The position numbers and the translations under genes were made by a program. Under the pieces are notes generated by a model. It was not told the DNA's origin, did not search any database, and worked only from the letters and a program-made list of their open reading frames with translations. DNA of 64,000 bases from the human T2T-CHM13v2.0 reference genome, Homo sapiens, in assembly GCA_009914755.4 (NCBI GenBank), contig CP086569.2, positions 21,792,001-21,856,000 of the forward strand. The letters run 5' to 3'. Shown piece after piece: positions 1-19,378 of the stretch (its first letter is position 1; every line of letters starts with the position of its first letter).

Positions 1-570
1 CTTTTTTGGTTGTGTCTCTGCCCAGCTTTGGTATCAGAATGATTCTGGCCTCATAAAATGAGTTAGGGAGGATTCCCTCTTTTTCTATTGATTGGAATAG
101 TTTCAGAAGGAATGGTACCCATTCCTCCTTGTACCGCTGGTAGAATTCGGCTGTGAATCCATCTGTTCCTGGACTCTTTTTGGTTGGTAAGCTCCTGATT
201 ATTGCCACAATTTCAGATCCTTTTATTGGTCTATTCAGAGATTCAAATTCTTCCTTGTTTAGTCTTGGGAGAGTGTATGTGTCAAGGAATTTATCCATTT
301 CTTCTAGATATTCTAGTTTATTTGCAGAGAGGTGTTTGTAGTATTCTCTGATGGTAGTTTGTATTTCTGTGGGATTGGTGGTGATATCCCCTTTATCATT
401 TTTTATTGCATTTATTTGATCCTTCTCTCTTTTTTTCTTTATTAGTCTTGTTAGCGGTCTATCAATTTTGTTGATCCTTTCAAAAAACGAGCTCCTGGAT
501 TCATTAATTTTTTGAAGGGTTTTTTGTGTCTCTATTTCCTTCAGTTCTGCTCTGATTTTAGTTATTTCTT
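1..570 (-). mobile_element. LINE-1 (L1PA-type) internal ORF2 fragment. The element runs off the left edge and breaks at ~570.
   Basis: Bases 1-570 are collinear with bases 29880-30400 of the full-length L1 at 27349-33397 (e.g. 'ggcctcataaaatgagttagggaggattccctctttttctattgattggaatagtttcagaagg'). Similarity ends at 'gttatttctt|gaagaaggc'. Confidence 0.85.
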
Positions 571-823
571 GAAGAAGGCAACTTTTTAATCTAATTAGAA
601 AACAGCTAACATCCGCCCCAACTTTAGGTTATGCTATACATAATGAAGTTGTGTGAATGTCAGCTGTTCAAGTGCAGTTATCAGACAAAGCACCTCTATG
701 TTTTGAAAGGCACAATAATAGTTACCACCAGACTGAAGTCCGTTGTATGAGATAGCTCTCATCTTAACAATGTAATCAGACCCTTCTTTAACCAACAACA
801 TGTGAATGTGATGGCAAGATAAT

Positions 824-1860
824 TTGCCAAAAATGAGTTCCTACCCTTCTTCTTGGGGATGGTTATGGGCATGTAGAACTCATGGCTGGCCATACTTACA
901 TTATAACTGGACAGGAAGTTGTACATGGGGTCACCCTTATCTCCCAGGAGGTATCCTCACAAAATTGGACTCTCCCCCATCTAACCAAGAAATTGTAAAA
1001 GCTTCCCATAGGCAACAAAAATGGTCATCTTGGTGGTTCTATCTGATGGCTATGTTTTCCCCACAGGTAGCTACAATTCTAAGTACAATCAAGTTAGAAG
1101 TTGAAGCTTTAGCCGAACACACTGCTACAGATTTCAATAATGCAGGCCATGCCCTTACCTTTTTTTAAATATATTTTTTATAAGACAGCATCTCAACTCT
1201 ATCACCCAGAGTGGAGTGGAGTGGTGTGATCTTGGCTCACCACAATTTCCACCTCCTAGGCTCAAGCAATTCTACTGCTTCAGTCTCCTGAGTAGCTGAG
1301 ATTACAGGCATGTGGCCCTACCATGTGGCTAATTTTTGTAATTTTAGGAGAAACTAGGTTTCAGCATGTTGGCCAGGCTGGACAACATGACCTGACCCCA
1401 AATGATCCACCCACCTCGACCTCCCAAAGTGCTGGGATTACAGGTGTGAGCCATTGTGCCAGGCCCCTTACCTTCTTAACTGTGGAAACTTCTCAGATTA
1501 TGCAGGTAGTCTTACAAAATCATATGGCTTTGGACATTTTAACAGCAGCTGAAAAGGGAACTTGTGCTCTGTTCAAAACTTAATGTTGTGTGTATGTTCC
1601 AGACTATTCACATAATATTACCGAGGCTATGAAAACTTTAGACACTCATATATCTGCCATTGATGTGCTATCAGTTGACCCTATATTGGCTTGGTTCAAA
1701 CAACTGCCCAATTCTTGAAGGCCTCCCTGTTAAGTTTACTTGCAATATTTTTCTCATTTTGCTTTGCTGTTGTGGAATCCATTGTAGTTGTATTCTTTGT
1801 GTAGGAATGCAAGATAATCTCACTCAATGCTTTCTTAAATTGGCCACTTATTAATCTTCC
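824..1860 (+). pseudogene. Gamma-type (class I) endogenous retrovirus env remnant, transmembrane subunit, split by an Alu insertion at 1162-1464.
   Basis: ORF 824..1168 ends '...QVATILSTIKLEVEALAEHTATDFNNAGHALTF'. After the Alu the frame resumes '...[33 protein letters not shown]', matching the retroviral immunosuppressive/CKS-17 motif LQNRRGLDLLTAE(K/R)GG(L/T)C. Downstream ORF 1660..1854 ('FLILLCCCGIHCSCILCV') looks like the membrane anchor. Frameshifts and stops are present. Confidence 0.6.
1162..1464 (-). mobile_element. Full-length Alu SINE, minus orientation, inserted into the ERV env. 10-bp target-site duplication 'cccttacctt' at 1152-1161 and 1465-1474.
   Basis: Reverse complement of the Alu consensus ('ggctcaccacaatttccacctcctaggctcaagcaattct...cctcccaaagtgctgggattacaggtgtgagccattgtgccaggcc'). 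A T-rich tail lies at the left end. Identical 10-mers flank the element. Confidence 0.9.
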
Positions 1861-2610
1861 AGATATCACCTTTTGCTGAGACTTAGAGTTATGAAGGACC
1901 TTAAATATACTAATCCTCTCTGACTGAGCTTCTCTCTACCCTGAATGCAAGAAACCCTAATAGTTAGGTAGGAATATCGTTGGCCCTATTCAGCCTGAGG
2001 AAGTTACAGAAGATGGATCTTTGCCCCTCTGCAACGCTTAGGATTAAAGGTCCTCTTGTAAAGGGAGGGAGCAATACATCAGAGGGACTGGAACCAGAGT
2101 GACTCCATTTGTCTGATGGCCAGAACATTGAGGCTTGAGACTTGCTGGGCTGTCATTCCAGAAAGTTAGCCATTCCTAGTCTCTACATGTTTACAGTCAA
2201 GAGAACAAATTAATAATGTTTACTAAACAGACCCAGACTTGGGAGTGTCCAGATATTTCAATATCTGGAGGACAAAGGCATTTCTAATTTTGCTTTAAAT
2301 ATAATCATATTGATTCTTGAGATATAAGTTGTAATTAAGAAAATTAATTCTTTATTACAAATTCTTGTAGCAGAACACATCTACTGATATATACAAGCTT
2401 TGTACTTAAGGTGGATGCGTTCCTCTTCTTACTTTCAAGAACATCCTGTTCTGTCTATGCAGTAGTTGTTCTTTTACCACTTTACTTTGTTAATAAACTT
2501 GCCTTTACTTTTTGCTGTACACTCATGCTTTATTCTTTCTTGAGATTCAAAAACCATCTCTTAATGTCTGGATGGGGACTCCTTTTCTGTAGTAGAAGGG
2601 GGTTACTTAT
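1860..2610 (+). mobile_element. Probable 3' LTR of the env-bearing ERV. Boundaries are approximate.
   Basis: Sits directly downstream of the env membrane-anchor ORF. Contains an R-region-like 'ttgttaataaacttgcctttactttttgctgtacactc' with an AATAAA signal. No second LTR copy is available in the window for comparison. Confidence 0.35.
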
Positions 2611-3045
2611 ATCATTTTTACATATTTTAATAACATACTCTTCTCAAATAAATGCAGTTGAATTCTAAAGAAAAAAGTTAGCTCTAAACCATGAGATGCC
2701 TTGTAGTCACATATTTGTTTTTTACTTTTATGCTGGGTGTATTCATTTTTACATGTTATTGGATGTATCAAATCTTAAAACTGATGTCTTTCTGACAAAA
2801 TACTCTTCTGCACTGACCCTTTTTATTGCTGAGAATTTTTTTTTTTTGCCTTGAAGACAATTTGACCTGATTTCATAAAAGTGCTAAGAGCTTTTTCTGT
2901 TGTTTGTTCTATGATAATTTCTTTTTGTTGACTGCTTTTATTTCTTCTTCTTATGCTTTAGTGTGAGTCTAAAAACACCTGACAATCTATAGTTGTGAAC
3001 AGGTAAGTTTAGCCTATTTGCACATAGTTACTTCAAAAATAGCAC

Positions 3046-3141
3046 TTTTTTTTCCTTTTTGAGACAGAGTCTCACTCTGTCACCTAAGCTAGAGTGCGGT
3101 GATAAGATCTCATCTTACCGCAAAACCTGCCTCCCAGTTTC
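3046..3141 (-). mobile_element. Alu fragment (~95 bp), truncated by or co-inserted with the adjacent L1.
   Basis: 'gagacagagtctcactctgtcacc...gcggtgat..tctcatcttaccgcaaaacctgcctcccagtttc' is the reverse complement of the Alu 3' region. It ends abruptly at the L1 poly-T. Confidence 0.7.
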
Positions 3142-9240
<6,099 letters not shown>

Positions 9241-9699
9241 CCTTTCATTTTTTTTAACTGAGATTCTTGGATAGGTAGATTTGTGTTTAACAGTATATTT
9301 AGAAAGTTTCAACCATTTTTTATTCAAATATTCTTCCTATTCCTATCTCCTTTTCCTGTGAGACTCTTATTATGGATATGTTGATATGCTTGATGGTGTC
9401 CCATGGCTGACTTAGTTTTGCTTATTTTCCTTTATTGTTTTTCTTCTCTTATTCCTTAGACTGAATAATGCTAAACAGTTCATCTGCAACTTCCCTGATT
9501 ATGGTTTCTGCCTGTTTATGCATCTTATTCAATCCCTCTAGTTAGAGGATATTGATTCCATTATTTAAAATTATGTATATGTATTCATTGGTATTCTGCA
9601 TTTATTGAAAACTTGTTCTCCCAGCTTCCCTTAGGGCTTTGAGAACATTTAAGTAAAGTGAAATAAAATATTTGCCTAGAAAGAACCATGAATTACTAG

Positions 9700-9950
9700 G
9701 GAGGATTGCTTAAGTCCAGGAATTGAGACCATTAGGGGTAACAAAACAAGACCCTGTCTCTAGATAAAATAAACATTAGCAATGTTAGTGGCATGCACTT
9801 CTGGTCTTAGCTACATGACAGGCTGAAGTGAGGGGGTCACTTGAGCTCAGGAGTTCGAGGCTGCAGTGAACCTAGTTCTGCCTGTGTGACTGAGGGATAC
9901 CCTGTCTCAATAAAGTGAAATAAAATAAAACAATAAAATAAAGATATGAC
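9700..9950 (+). mobile_element. Old, diverged, 5'-truncated Alu with an A-rich tail.
   Basis: '...gaggattgcttaagtccaggaattgagacca...' and 'gggggtcacttgagctcaggagttcgaggctgcagtgaacctag...ccctgtctcaataaagtgaaataaaataaaa' match the Alu left and right arms with many substitutions. Confidence 0.7.
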
Positions 9951-10039
9951 AAATAATTAAGAAAAGTATCTGTGCTACTAGCACACTTTTTATAACAAAC
10001 AATTTTTGACACTAAAACAGAGAAAGGTAGGGGCAGCAG

Positions 10040-11140
10040 TATGGAAAAACTTGTATAATGTCCACAGTAAATTGTAATTCACTGTATATTATTATAAATT
10101 TAAGATATCAATACAATCCCCCTAATGGCCACCATGAAAATAACTCTTAAAATGTACTGAAAATAAATGAGGAGGCAGTAAAAATGGTACCCTTAGAAAA
10201 ACAATCAAATGCAAAAATGAGCAGGTTTTGAAGCAATTGAAGAAGAAATAAGTGACTTGTGGAAAACAAGGAGCAAAATAGAATGAATTATTTTCTTATC
10301 AGTGATTTAAATGCAAATTCATTAAACTCCAGTTAAAAGACACAGATGGGCAGCATGGTTTTTAAAATATTTTTTTTGAATGGAGGCATTCAATTTTATG
10401 TAAACATTAACAAAAAAAGAACTGGAGAAACTATGCTAATGTCAAAAAAGTTTAATCCATCAAGAAGATATAACATACATATACCTAATAATAGATCCTT
10501 AGGATGTATGAAAGAAAAACCAACAGATTTGAGGAATTAGACAGTTCTGCAATTGTGTCTGAAGATTTCAACATCCCACTTTCAACAATACATGAAACAA
10601 CTGAACAGAAGATCAATAGGAAAACGTATGTCTTAAATAGCATTATACACCAAATAAGGCTATCAAACATATAAAAAACAGTTTAGTTTCCAAACTGACT
10701 ACACATCCTTCTGAAATGTACACGGGTTATTCTCCATGTTGTTTCCTGAACAGACTACATGGTACACTACAAAACAAGTCTCATTATATTTAAAATGGTT
10801 GAAATCACACATAATATTTTCCCCAACCACAGTGGAATAAAACTAGAGACCCATTTTCAAAAAACTAGAAGTGTAAAATAGGTGGAAATAAAACAATAAA
10901 TAAAACAATGGCTCACTAAAGAATCTGCAAGTAATTATGAATTACTTGCAGATAAATGGAAAAATACCACATACTAAAACTTCTGGAATACAACAAAATC
11001 AATTCTGAGAAATATATAATTGTAAAATATACATAAAAAAGAAATATAAACTCAATAATATAAAATTACACACAAAGACGTAGAAAACTGCAAACTAGAG
11101 GAGAGAACTGTTGGCATAGTAATGAAAGCTTGCATCACTC
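10040..11140 (+). mobile_element. Ancient L1 (L1M/L1PB-like) fragment covering ORF1 end and ORF2 endonuclease. Non-coding now.
   Basis: Degenerate translations: '...TPVKRHRWAAWF' (compare '[15 protein letters not shown]') at ~10290, and 'EDFNIPLSTIHETTEQKINRK...' (compare '[21 protein letters not shown]') at ~10560-10640. Confidence 0.6.
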
Positions 11141-12693
11141 CCTCCAACCCACCATCCAACTCAAACCCCCAGAACATACATAGGAAACAACAACAAAACA
11201 ACTATATATACACATATGAGAGGTTATCACCGGTTATCACCAACAGTATCTTAGAACTCAAATAGGAGAATGAGACAGTTTCTAGGGTAACACAGAAGTG
11301 AAAAAACTCCATGCAGATCGTAAAACAGTTGGGTTCTACATTCATGACACTTCCATATTCATGACACTTTTCTAGTATGCCAACAAACTTGTGTGAAAAA
11401 AAAATTCCCCTGACTTATGGTTACTAACTAGAAAAAATAAGATTCAGATGGACAACCAGCTTTCCAATCATTTCGGGTTCCCTAGAAGAACTCTTTCTTC
11501 CTTAACTCATGGGAAGCCTTGTAATGTCTTAAGGTAAAAAATTTCCTGAGGAAATCCAGGGATAAAGCATGGAGGCAGCACTACTGTTTCCAGCCTGGTT
11601 ATTTCAGCCACAGAAGATGTCAAATCAGAGTGCCTGTGCAGCAGTACCATGTAGTATATGGTATATTTCACGATTTCCCTAAGCACAAACCAATGGCCAG
11701 CCTTCCCACCCTGCTAGGGTATCCCCTTCAGGATCTCCCTAATAGGGGATTAGCACTGCTTGAAGCTTGCTAGAGCTGAGACAGACCTGGGCTTAAGGCA
11801 CCATTTATGGCCAAAAAAGAGGTACTGACCTAGTCAAAAACAAAGAAATGAAACCTCAACAACAAGTATGTTGTAAAGAAACCTCAAAGCAAACATATCC
11901 AATAAAAAACAAAATAAGACAGAGATAATATTGGACTAAATAACTAATCCTTCAATAAAAAGATATGGATATATAACCACAAGAAATACCAAACAGGGAA
12001 CCATAACCTTCCCAAATGGATGAAGCAAGGAACCAGTGACCAATGCTAACTAATGAGATGGCTATCAGTGAGTTCTCTGATCAAGAATTCAAAATAGCAG
12101 TTTTCAGGAATCTCAAGTCTCCAAATCATCACTAAAAAGGAAAAAATAAACAAATGAAATAAAATAATTAAAAATTTTAAAGATCCTGGAACTGAGAAAT
12201 ATATTGGCTAAAGTAAAAATCTCACTAGAGGCTCTGAAAGCAGAAGAGATGTAATAGAATAAACAATCAGTGAGCTCTATAACAGGTTTTTAGAAAATGC
12301 ACAAAGAAGTAGAACGGAAAACAATGAAAAGGAATAAAGAACACTTACAAGATATACACAATTAACTCAAAAGAGCAAATCTAATAATTAGTGATTTGTA
12401 AGATGGAGCTCAGCAAGAGGAATGGACAGAGAGAATATTCAAATGAATAGTAACAACTTTCTAAAATGTGACAGAGATATAAATCTACAGGTTCTGAAAG
12501 ATCAGAGAACACCAAACAGATTAAAGCAACCAAATAAAACTACCACAAGGCAAATAATAATTGATGTCTAAAACATCAAGAATACAGGGGATCCTTAAAG
12601 CACTAAAGGAAAAGAAACAACAAACAGAAAAGCTTGAAATTATTTGGAAACAGATTTGTTGACAGGCCAGGAGGGGTTGGAATGGCATATTCA
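11140..12693 (+). mobile_element. Older L1 (L1PB/L1MA-like) 5'UTR and ORF1 N-terminal and middle parts. It is interrupted at 12706 by the L1PA insertion and continues at 18775.
   Basis: Degenerate ORF1 translation at ~11975-12700: 'NTKQGTITFPNG.SKEPVTNAN...EFSDQEFKIAVFRNLKS...' matches old-family L1 ORF1 ('KRNTKQGTITSPKDHNNLPVTDP...ELPDKEFKIIVLKKLSE'). Confidence 0.6.
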
Positions 12694-12706
12694 AAGTGCT
12701 GGAAAA

Positions 12707-15700
12707 GAACAATCATTCCAAGATGGCCAAATAGAACAGCTCCAGTCTATAGCTCCCACTGTGCTCGATGCAGAAGATGGGTGATTTCTGCATTTCCAAC
12801 TGAGGTACCTTGTTCATCTCATTGGGACTGGTTGGACAATGGGTTCAGCCCAGGGAGTGTGAGCCAAAGCAGGGTGGGGCATCGCCTCACCTGGGAAGTG
12901 CAGAGTTGGGGGATTTCCCTTTCCTAGCCAAGGGAAGCTATGACAGATGGTAACTGGAAAAGTAGGACACTCCTGCCCTAATGCTGCACTTTTCCAATGG
13001 TCTTAGCAAACAGTACACCTAGAGATTATATCCTATGCCTGGCTTGGTGGGTCCCACACCAAGGGAACCTTGCTCACTGCTAGCACAGCCGTCCCATATC
13101 GAACCGCAAGGTGGCAGCCAGGCTGTGGGAGCGTCAGCTGCCATTGCTAAGGCTTGACTAGGTAAACAAAACAGCCAGGAAGCTCGATCTGGGCATAGCC
13201 CACTGCAGCTTAGCGAGGCCTGCCTGCATCTATAGGCTCCACCCCTTGGAGTAGGATATAGCTGAACAAAAGGCAGCAGAAACTTCTGCAGACATAAACT
13301 TCCCTGTTTGACAGCTCTGAAGAGAGCAGTGGTTCTCCCAAGCACAGAGTTTGAGCTCTGAGACAAAGCTTCCAGAGGAAGGATCAGGCAGCAATATTTG
13401 TTGTTCAGTAATGTTTGCTGTTCAGCAATATTTGCTGTTCTGCAATATTTGCTGTTCTGCAGCCTCTGCTGGTGACACCCAGGAAAAGAGGGTCTGAAGT
13501 TGACCTCCAGGAAACTCCAACAGACTTGCAGCTGAGGGTCCTGGCTGTTAGAAGGAAAACTAACAAACAGAAAAGAATAACATCAACATCAACATAACAT
13601 AAAGGACATCTGCACAAAAACTCCATTTATAGGTCACCATCATCTAAGACCAAAGGTAGATAAAACCACAAAGATGGAGAGAATTCAGAGTAGAAAAGTT
13701 GAAAATTCTAAATACTGAGTGCCTTTTCTCTTCCAAAGGCTTGCAGCTCCTTTCCAGCAATGAAACAAAGCTGGATGCAGAATGACTTTGATGAGTTGAC
13801 AGAAGTAGGCTTCAGAAGTTTGGTAATAACAAACTTCTCTGACCTAAAGGATGATGTTCAAAACCATTGCAAGAAAGCTAAAAACTTTGAAAAAATATAG
13901 ATGAATGCCTAACTAGAAATAACAGCATAGAGAAGAATTTAAATGACATGATGGAGCTGAAAAACATGGCATGAGAACAGTGTGATGCTTGCACAAGCTT
14001 CAGTACCCAATTAGATCAAGTGGAAGAAAGGGTATCAGTGATTGAAGATAAAATTAGTGAAATGCAGCAAGAGGAGAAGTTTAGAGAAAAAAGAAATAAT
14101 CAAAGCCTCCAAGAAATATGGGACTGTGTGAAAAGACCAAATCTGTGTTTGATTGGTGAACCTGAAAGTGATGGGGAGAAGGGAACCAAGTTGGAAAACA
14201 CTTCAGGGTATTATCCAGGAGAACTCCCCCAACCTAGTAAGGCAGGTCAACATTCAAACTCAAGAAACAGAGAGAATGCCATAAGGATACTCTTTGAGAA
14301 GAGCAACCCCAAGACACACAATTGTCAGATTCACAAGGTTGAAATAAAGGAAAAAATGTTAAGCACAGCCTGAGAGAAAGGTCAGGTTTTCAACAAAGGA
14401 AGCCCATCAGACTAACAGCAGATCTCTCAGCAGAAACTCTACATGCCAGTAGAGATTGGGGGCCAATATTCAACATTCTTAAGGGAAATAATTTTCAACT
14501 CAGAATTTCATATCCAGCCAAACTAAGCTTCACAATTGAAGGAGAAATAAAATCCTTTACAGACAAGCAAATTCTGAGAGATTTTGTCACCACCAGACCT
14601 GCATTATAAGAGCTCTTGAAGGAAGCATTAAACGTGGGAATGAACAACCGATACCAGCCACTGCAAAAACATACCAAATTGTAAAGACCATTGATGCTAG
14701 GAAAAAACTAGAAAAAAACATCATAATGACAGAATCGAACTCACTCATAACAATATGAACCTTAAATGTAAATGGCTTAAATGCCCCGATTAAAAGACAC
14801 AGACTGGAAAATTGGATAAAGAGTCAAAACCCGTCAGTGTGTTGTATTCATGAGACCCATCTCATGTGCAGAGACAGACATAGGTTCAAAATAAAGGGAT
14901 GGAGGAATATCTACCAAGCAAATGGAAAACAAATAAAAAGCAGTGGTTGCAAACTTAGTCTCTGATAAAACAGAGTTTTTACCAACAAAGATCAAAAGAG
15001 ACAAATAAGACCATTACATACTGGTAAAGGTATCAATTCAACAAGAAGATAAAACTATCTTATATATGCGCCCAATGTGGAGAACCCAGATTCATAAAGC
15101 AAGTCCTTAGAGATCTACAAAGAGACTTAGACTCCCACACAATAATAATGGGAGATTTTAATACTCCATTGTCAACATTAGACAGATCAATGAGACAGAA
15201 GGTTAACAAAGATATCCAGGACTTGAACTCAACTCTGCACCAAGTGGATCTAATAGACATCTACAGAACTCTGCACCCCAAATCAACAGAATATACATTC
15301 TTCTCAGCACTGCATCATACTTATTCCAAAACTGACCACTTAGTTGGAAGTAAAGCACTCCTCAGCAAATGTAAAAGAATAGAAATCACAACAAACTCTC
15401 TCAGACCATAGTGCAATCAAATTAGAACTCAGGATTAAGAAACTTAACCAAAACTGCACAACTACATGGAAACTGAATAACAAGCTCCTGAAAGATAACT
15501 GGATAAATAACGAAATGAAGGTAGAAATAAAGATGTTCTTTGAAACCAGTGAGAACAAAGACACACATAACAGAATCTCTGGTCACATTTAAAGCATTAT
15601 GTACATTAAAAATTTTAGTACCAAATGCCCACAAGAGAAAGAGGGAAAGATCTAAAACTGACACCCTAACATCACAATTAAAAGAATTAGAGAAGCAAGG

Positions 15701-18700
15701 GCAAGCCAATTCAAAAGCTAGCAGAAGGCAAGAAATTACTAAGATTAGAGCAGCACGGAAGGAGACAGAGACACAATAAACCCTTCAAAAAATCAATGAC
15801 TCCAGGATCTGTTTTTTTTGGAAATATCAACCAATAGACCACTAGCAAGACTAATAAAGAAGAAAAGAGAGAATAATCAAATAGATGAAATAAAAATGAT
15901 AAAGGGGATATCACCACCGATCCCACAGAAATACCAACTACCATCAGAGAATACTGTAAACGCCTCTATGCAAATAAACTAGAAAGTCTAGAAGAAATGG
16001 ATGAATTATTGGACACATACACCCTCCCCAGATTCAACCAGGAAGAAGTAGAATCCCTGAATAGATCAATAACAGGCTCTGAAATTGAGGCAATTATTAA
16101 TAGCCTACCAACCAAAAAAAGTCCAGGACCAGACAGATTCACAGCTGAATTCTACTTGAGGTACAAAGAGGAGATGGTACCATTCCTTCTGAAACTATTT
16201 CAATCAACAGAGAAAGAGGGAATCCTCCTTAACTCATTTTATGAGGCCAGCATCATCCTGATACCTAAGCCTGGCAGAGACACAACAACAAACAAGAGTT
16301 TTAGACCAATATCCTTGCTGACCATAGATGCAAAAATCCTCAATAAAATACTGGCAAATCAAATCCAGCAGAACATCAAAAAGCGTATCCACCACGATCA
16401 AGTTGGCTTATCCCTGGGATGCAAGGTACGTTGAACTGACACAAATCAATAAACGTAATCCGTCACATAAACAGAACCAAAGACAAAAACCACGTGATTA
16501 TCTAATAGATGCAGAAAGGGTCTTTGATAAACTTCAACAGCCCTTCATGTGAAAACTTCTCAATAAACTAGGTATTGATGGGACATATCTCAAAATAATA
16601 AAAGTTGTTTATGACAAACCCACAGTCAATATCATATGGAATGGGTAAAAACTGGAAGCATTCCCTTTGAAAACTGGCACAAGACAGGGATGCCCTCTCT
16701 CACCACTCCTATTCAACATAGTGTTGGAAGTTCTGGCCAGGGAAATCAGAGAGGAGAAAGCAATAAACTGTATTCAGTTAGGAAAAGAGGAAGCCAAATT
16801 GTCCCTGTTTGCAGATGATATAATTGTATATTTAGAAAACTGCATCACCTTAGCCCCAAATCCATTTAAGCTGGTAAGCAACTTCAGCAAAGTCTCAAGA
16901 TACAAAATCAATGTGGAAAAACCATAAGCATTCCTATACACCAATAACAGACAAACATAAAGCCAAATCATGATCGAATTCACATTCACAATTGCCTCAA
17001 AGAGAATAAAATACCTAGGAATCCAAATTACAAGGGATGTGAAGGACCTCTTCAAGAAGAACTACAAACCACTGCTCAATGAAATAAAAGAGGACACAAA
17101 CAAGTGGAAGAACATTCCATGATCACAGATAGGAAGAATCAATATAGTGATAGTGGCCATATTGCCAATGTAATTTATAGATTCAATGCCATCCTTATCA
17201 AGCTATCAATGACTTTCTTCACAGAATTGGAAAAAACTACTTTAAAGTTCATATGGAACCAAAAAATATCCTGTATTGCTAAGGCATTCCTAAGCCAAAA
17301 GAACAAAGCTGGAGGCATCATGCTACCTGACTTCAAATTATGCTACAAGGCTACAATAACCAAAACAACATGGTACTGGTACCAAAACAGAAATATAGAC
17401 AAATAGAATAGAACAGAGCCCTCAGAAATAATACCACACATCTACAACCATCTGATCTTTGATAAACTTGACAAAAACATCAATGGGGAAAGGATTCCCT
17501 ATTTAATAAATGGTGCTGGGAAAACTGGCTAGCCATATGTAGAAAGTTGAAACTGGATCCCTTCCTTACACCTCATATAAAAATTAATTCAAGATGGATT
17601 AAAGACTTAAATGTTAGATCTAAAACCATAAAAACCCTAGAAGAAACCCTAGGCAATACCATTCAGGACATAGGCATGGGCATGAATTTCATGACTAAAA
17701 CACAAAAAGCAATGGCAACAAAAGCCAAAATTGACAAATGGGATCTAATTAAACTAAAGAGCTTATGCATAGCAAAATAAACTACCATCAGAGTTAACAG
17801 GCAACCTATAGAATGGGAGAAAATTTCTGCAATCTACTCACCTGACAAAGGGCTAATATCCAGAATCCACAAATAACTTAAACAAATTTACAAGAAAAAA
17901 TCGAAAAACTCCATCAAAAAGTGGGTGAAGGATATGAATAGACACTTCTCAAAAGAAGATATTTATGCAGTCAAAAGACACATGAAAAAATGCTCATCAT
18001 CACAGGTCATCAGAGAAACACAAATCAAAACCACAATGAGATACCATCTCACATCAGTTAGAATGGCGATCATTAAAAAGCCAGGAAACAGGTTCTGTAG
18101 AGGATGTGGAGAAATAGGAACACTTTTACACTGTTGGTAGGAGTGTAAACTAGTTCAACCATCGTGGAAGACAGTGTGGCAATTCCCCAAGGATCTAGAA
18201 CTAGAAATATCATTTGACCCAGCGATCCCATTACTGGGTATATACCCAAAGGTTTATTAATCATGCTACTACAAAGACACATGCACATGTATGTTTATTG
18301 TGGCAGTATTCACAATAGCAAAGACTTGGAACCAACCCAAATGTCCATAAATAATAGACTGGATTAAGAAAATGTGGCACATATGCACCCTGGAATACTA
18401 TGCAGCCATAAAAATGGATGAGTTAATGTCCTTTGTAGTGACATGGACGAAGCTGGAAACCATCATTCTGAACAAACTATCACAAAGACAGAAAACCAAA
18501 CAACACATGTTCTCATTCATAGGTGGGAACTGAACAATGAGAACACTTGGACACAGGGCTGGGAACATCACACACTGGGGCCTGTCATGGGGTTGGGGGA
18601 GTGGAGAGGGACAGCATTAGGCAAAATACCTAATGTAAGGGATGAGTTAAAGGGTGCAGCACACCAAGGGGGCACATATGTACATATGTAACAAACCTGC

Positions 18701-18761
18701 ACGTTGTGCACATATACCCTAAAATTTAACATATAATAATAATAAACAAATAAATAAAATA
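12707..18761 (+). mobile_element. Full-length (~6.05 kb) L1PA-type LINE-1 in plus orientation, inserted into the older L1's ORF1. 13-bp target-site duplication 'aagtgctggaaaa' at 12694-12706 and 18762-18774.
   Basis: 5' end 'ccaagatggccaaatagaacagctccagtctatagctcccactgtgctcgatgcagaag'. ORF1 remnant 14020..14373 ('QEIWDCVKRPNLCLIGEPESDGEKGTKLENT'). ORF2 remnants: endonuclease 15148..15411 ('[18 protein letters not shown]'), reverse transcriptase 15997..16434, and C-terminus 17925..18140. 3'UTR and A-rich tail end at 18761. An identical 13-mer flanks both ends. Confidence 0.9.
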
Positions 18762-18774
18762 AAGTGCTGGAAAA

Positions 18775-19034
18775 ATAAAAGAAAATAATTGGAAAATTTT
18801 TCACCACCAGACCTGTCTTATAAGTAATGCTAAAGAGAGTTCCTCACCCTGAGAAAGAAGAAAAAAAAAAAAATCAAACACTGATGTACAAAAACACTTG
18901 AAGGTATACACCCACTGGTGATAGGAGGTACAGACACATTCTCAGAATACACTACTACTGTAATTGTGGTGCCCAATCTGTTTATAATTCCAGTAGTAAG
19001 ATTAACAAATTAATCTATTAAACATAGTAAGATC
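18775..19034 (+). mobile_element. Continuation of the older L1: ORF1 C-terminus and inter-ORF spacer.
   Basis: Translation '...FFTTRPVL...' matches the conserved L1 ORF1 C-terminus 'FVTTRPALQE'. The sequence resumes exactly after the L1PA target-site duplication. Confidence 0.5.
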
Positions 19035-19348
19035 GGCTGGGTATGTGGCTCAAGTCTGTTATCCCAACACTTTGGAGACTGAGGTGGGTGGGTCACTGGA
19101 GGCCAGGAGTTCAAGACCAGCCTAGCCAACATGGTGAAAACCCATCTCTACTAAAAATACAAAAATTCACCACGCATGGTGGCACACACCTGTATCCCCA
19201 GTAACTGGTACAGGCTCCTGTAACCCCAGCAACTAGGGATGCTGAGGCAAGAGAGTTGCTTGAACCTGGGAGGTGGAGATAGCACCACTACACCCCAGCC
19301 TGGGTGACAGAGTGAGACTACATGTCAAATAATTAATAATAATAATAA
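19035..19348 (+). mobile_element. Alu SINE (plus).
   Basis: 'ggctgggtatgtggctcaagtctgttatcccaacactttggagactgaggtgggtggg...gcctgggtgacagagtgagact' plus an A-rich tail. Confidence 0.9.
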
Positions 19349-19378
19349 GGCTGGATAAAAGTTTTAAAAGGCAATATA

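Noticed and set aside
824-1168. The 114-aa plus-strand ORF, considered as a possible cellular exon.
   Set aside because: It is in frame with and continuous, across an Alu insertion, with a retroviral env transmembrane motif (immunosuppressive domain). It ends exactly at the Alu poly-T. It is an ERV env fragment.
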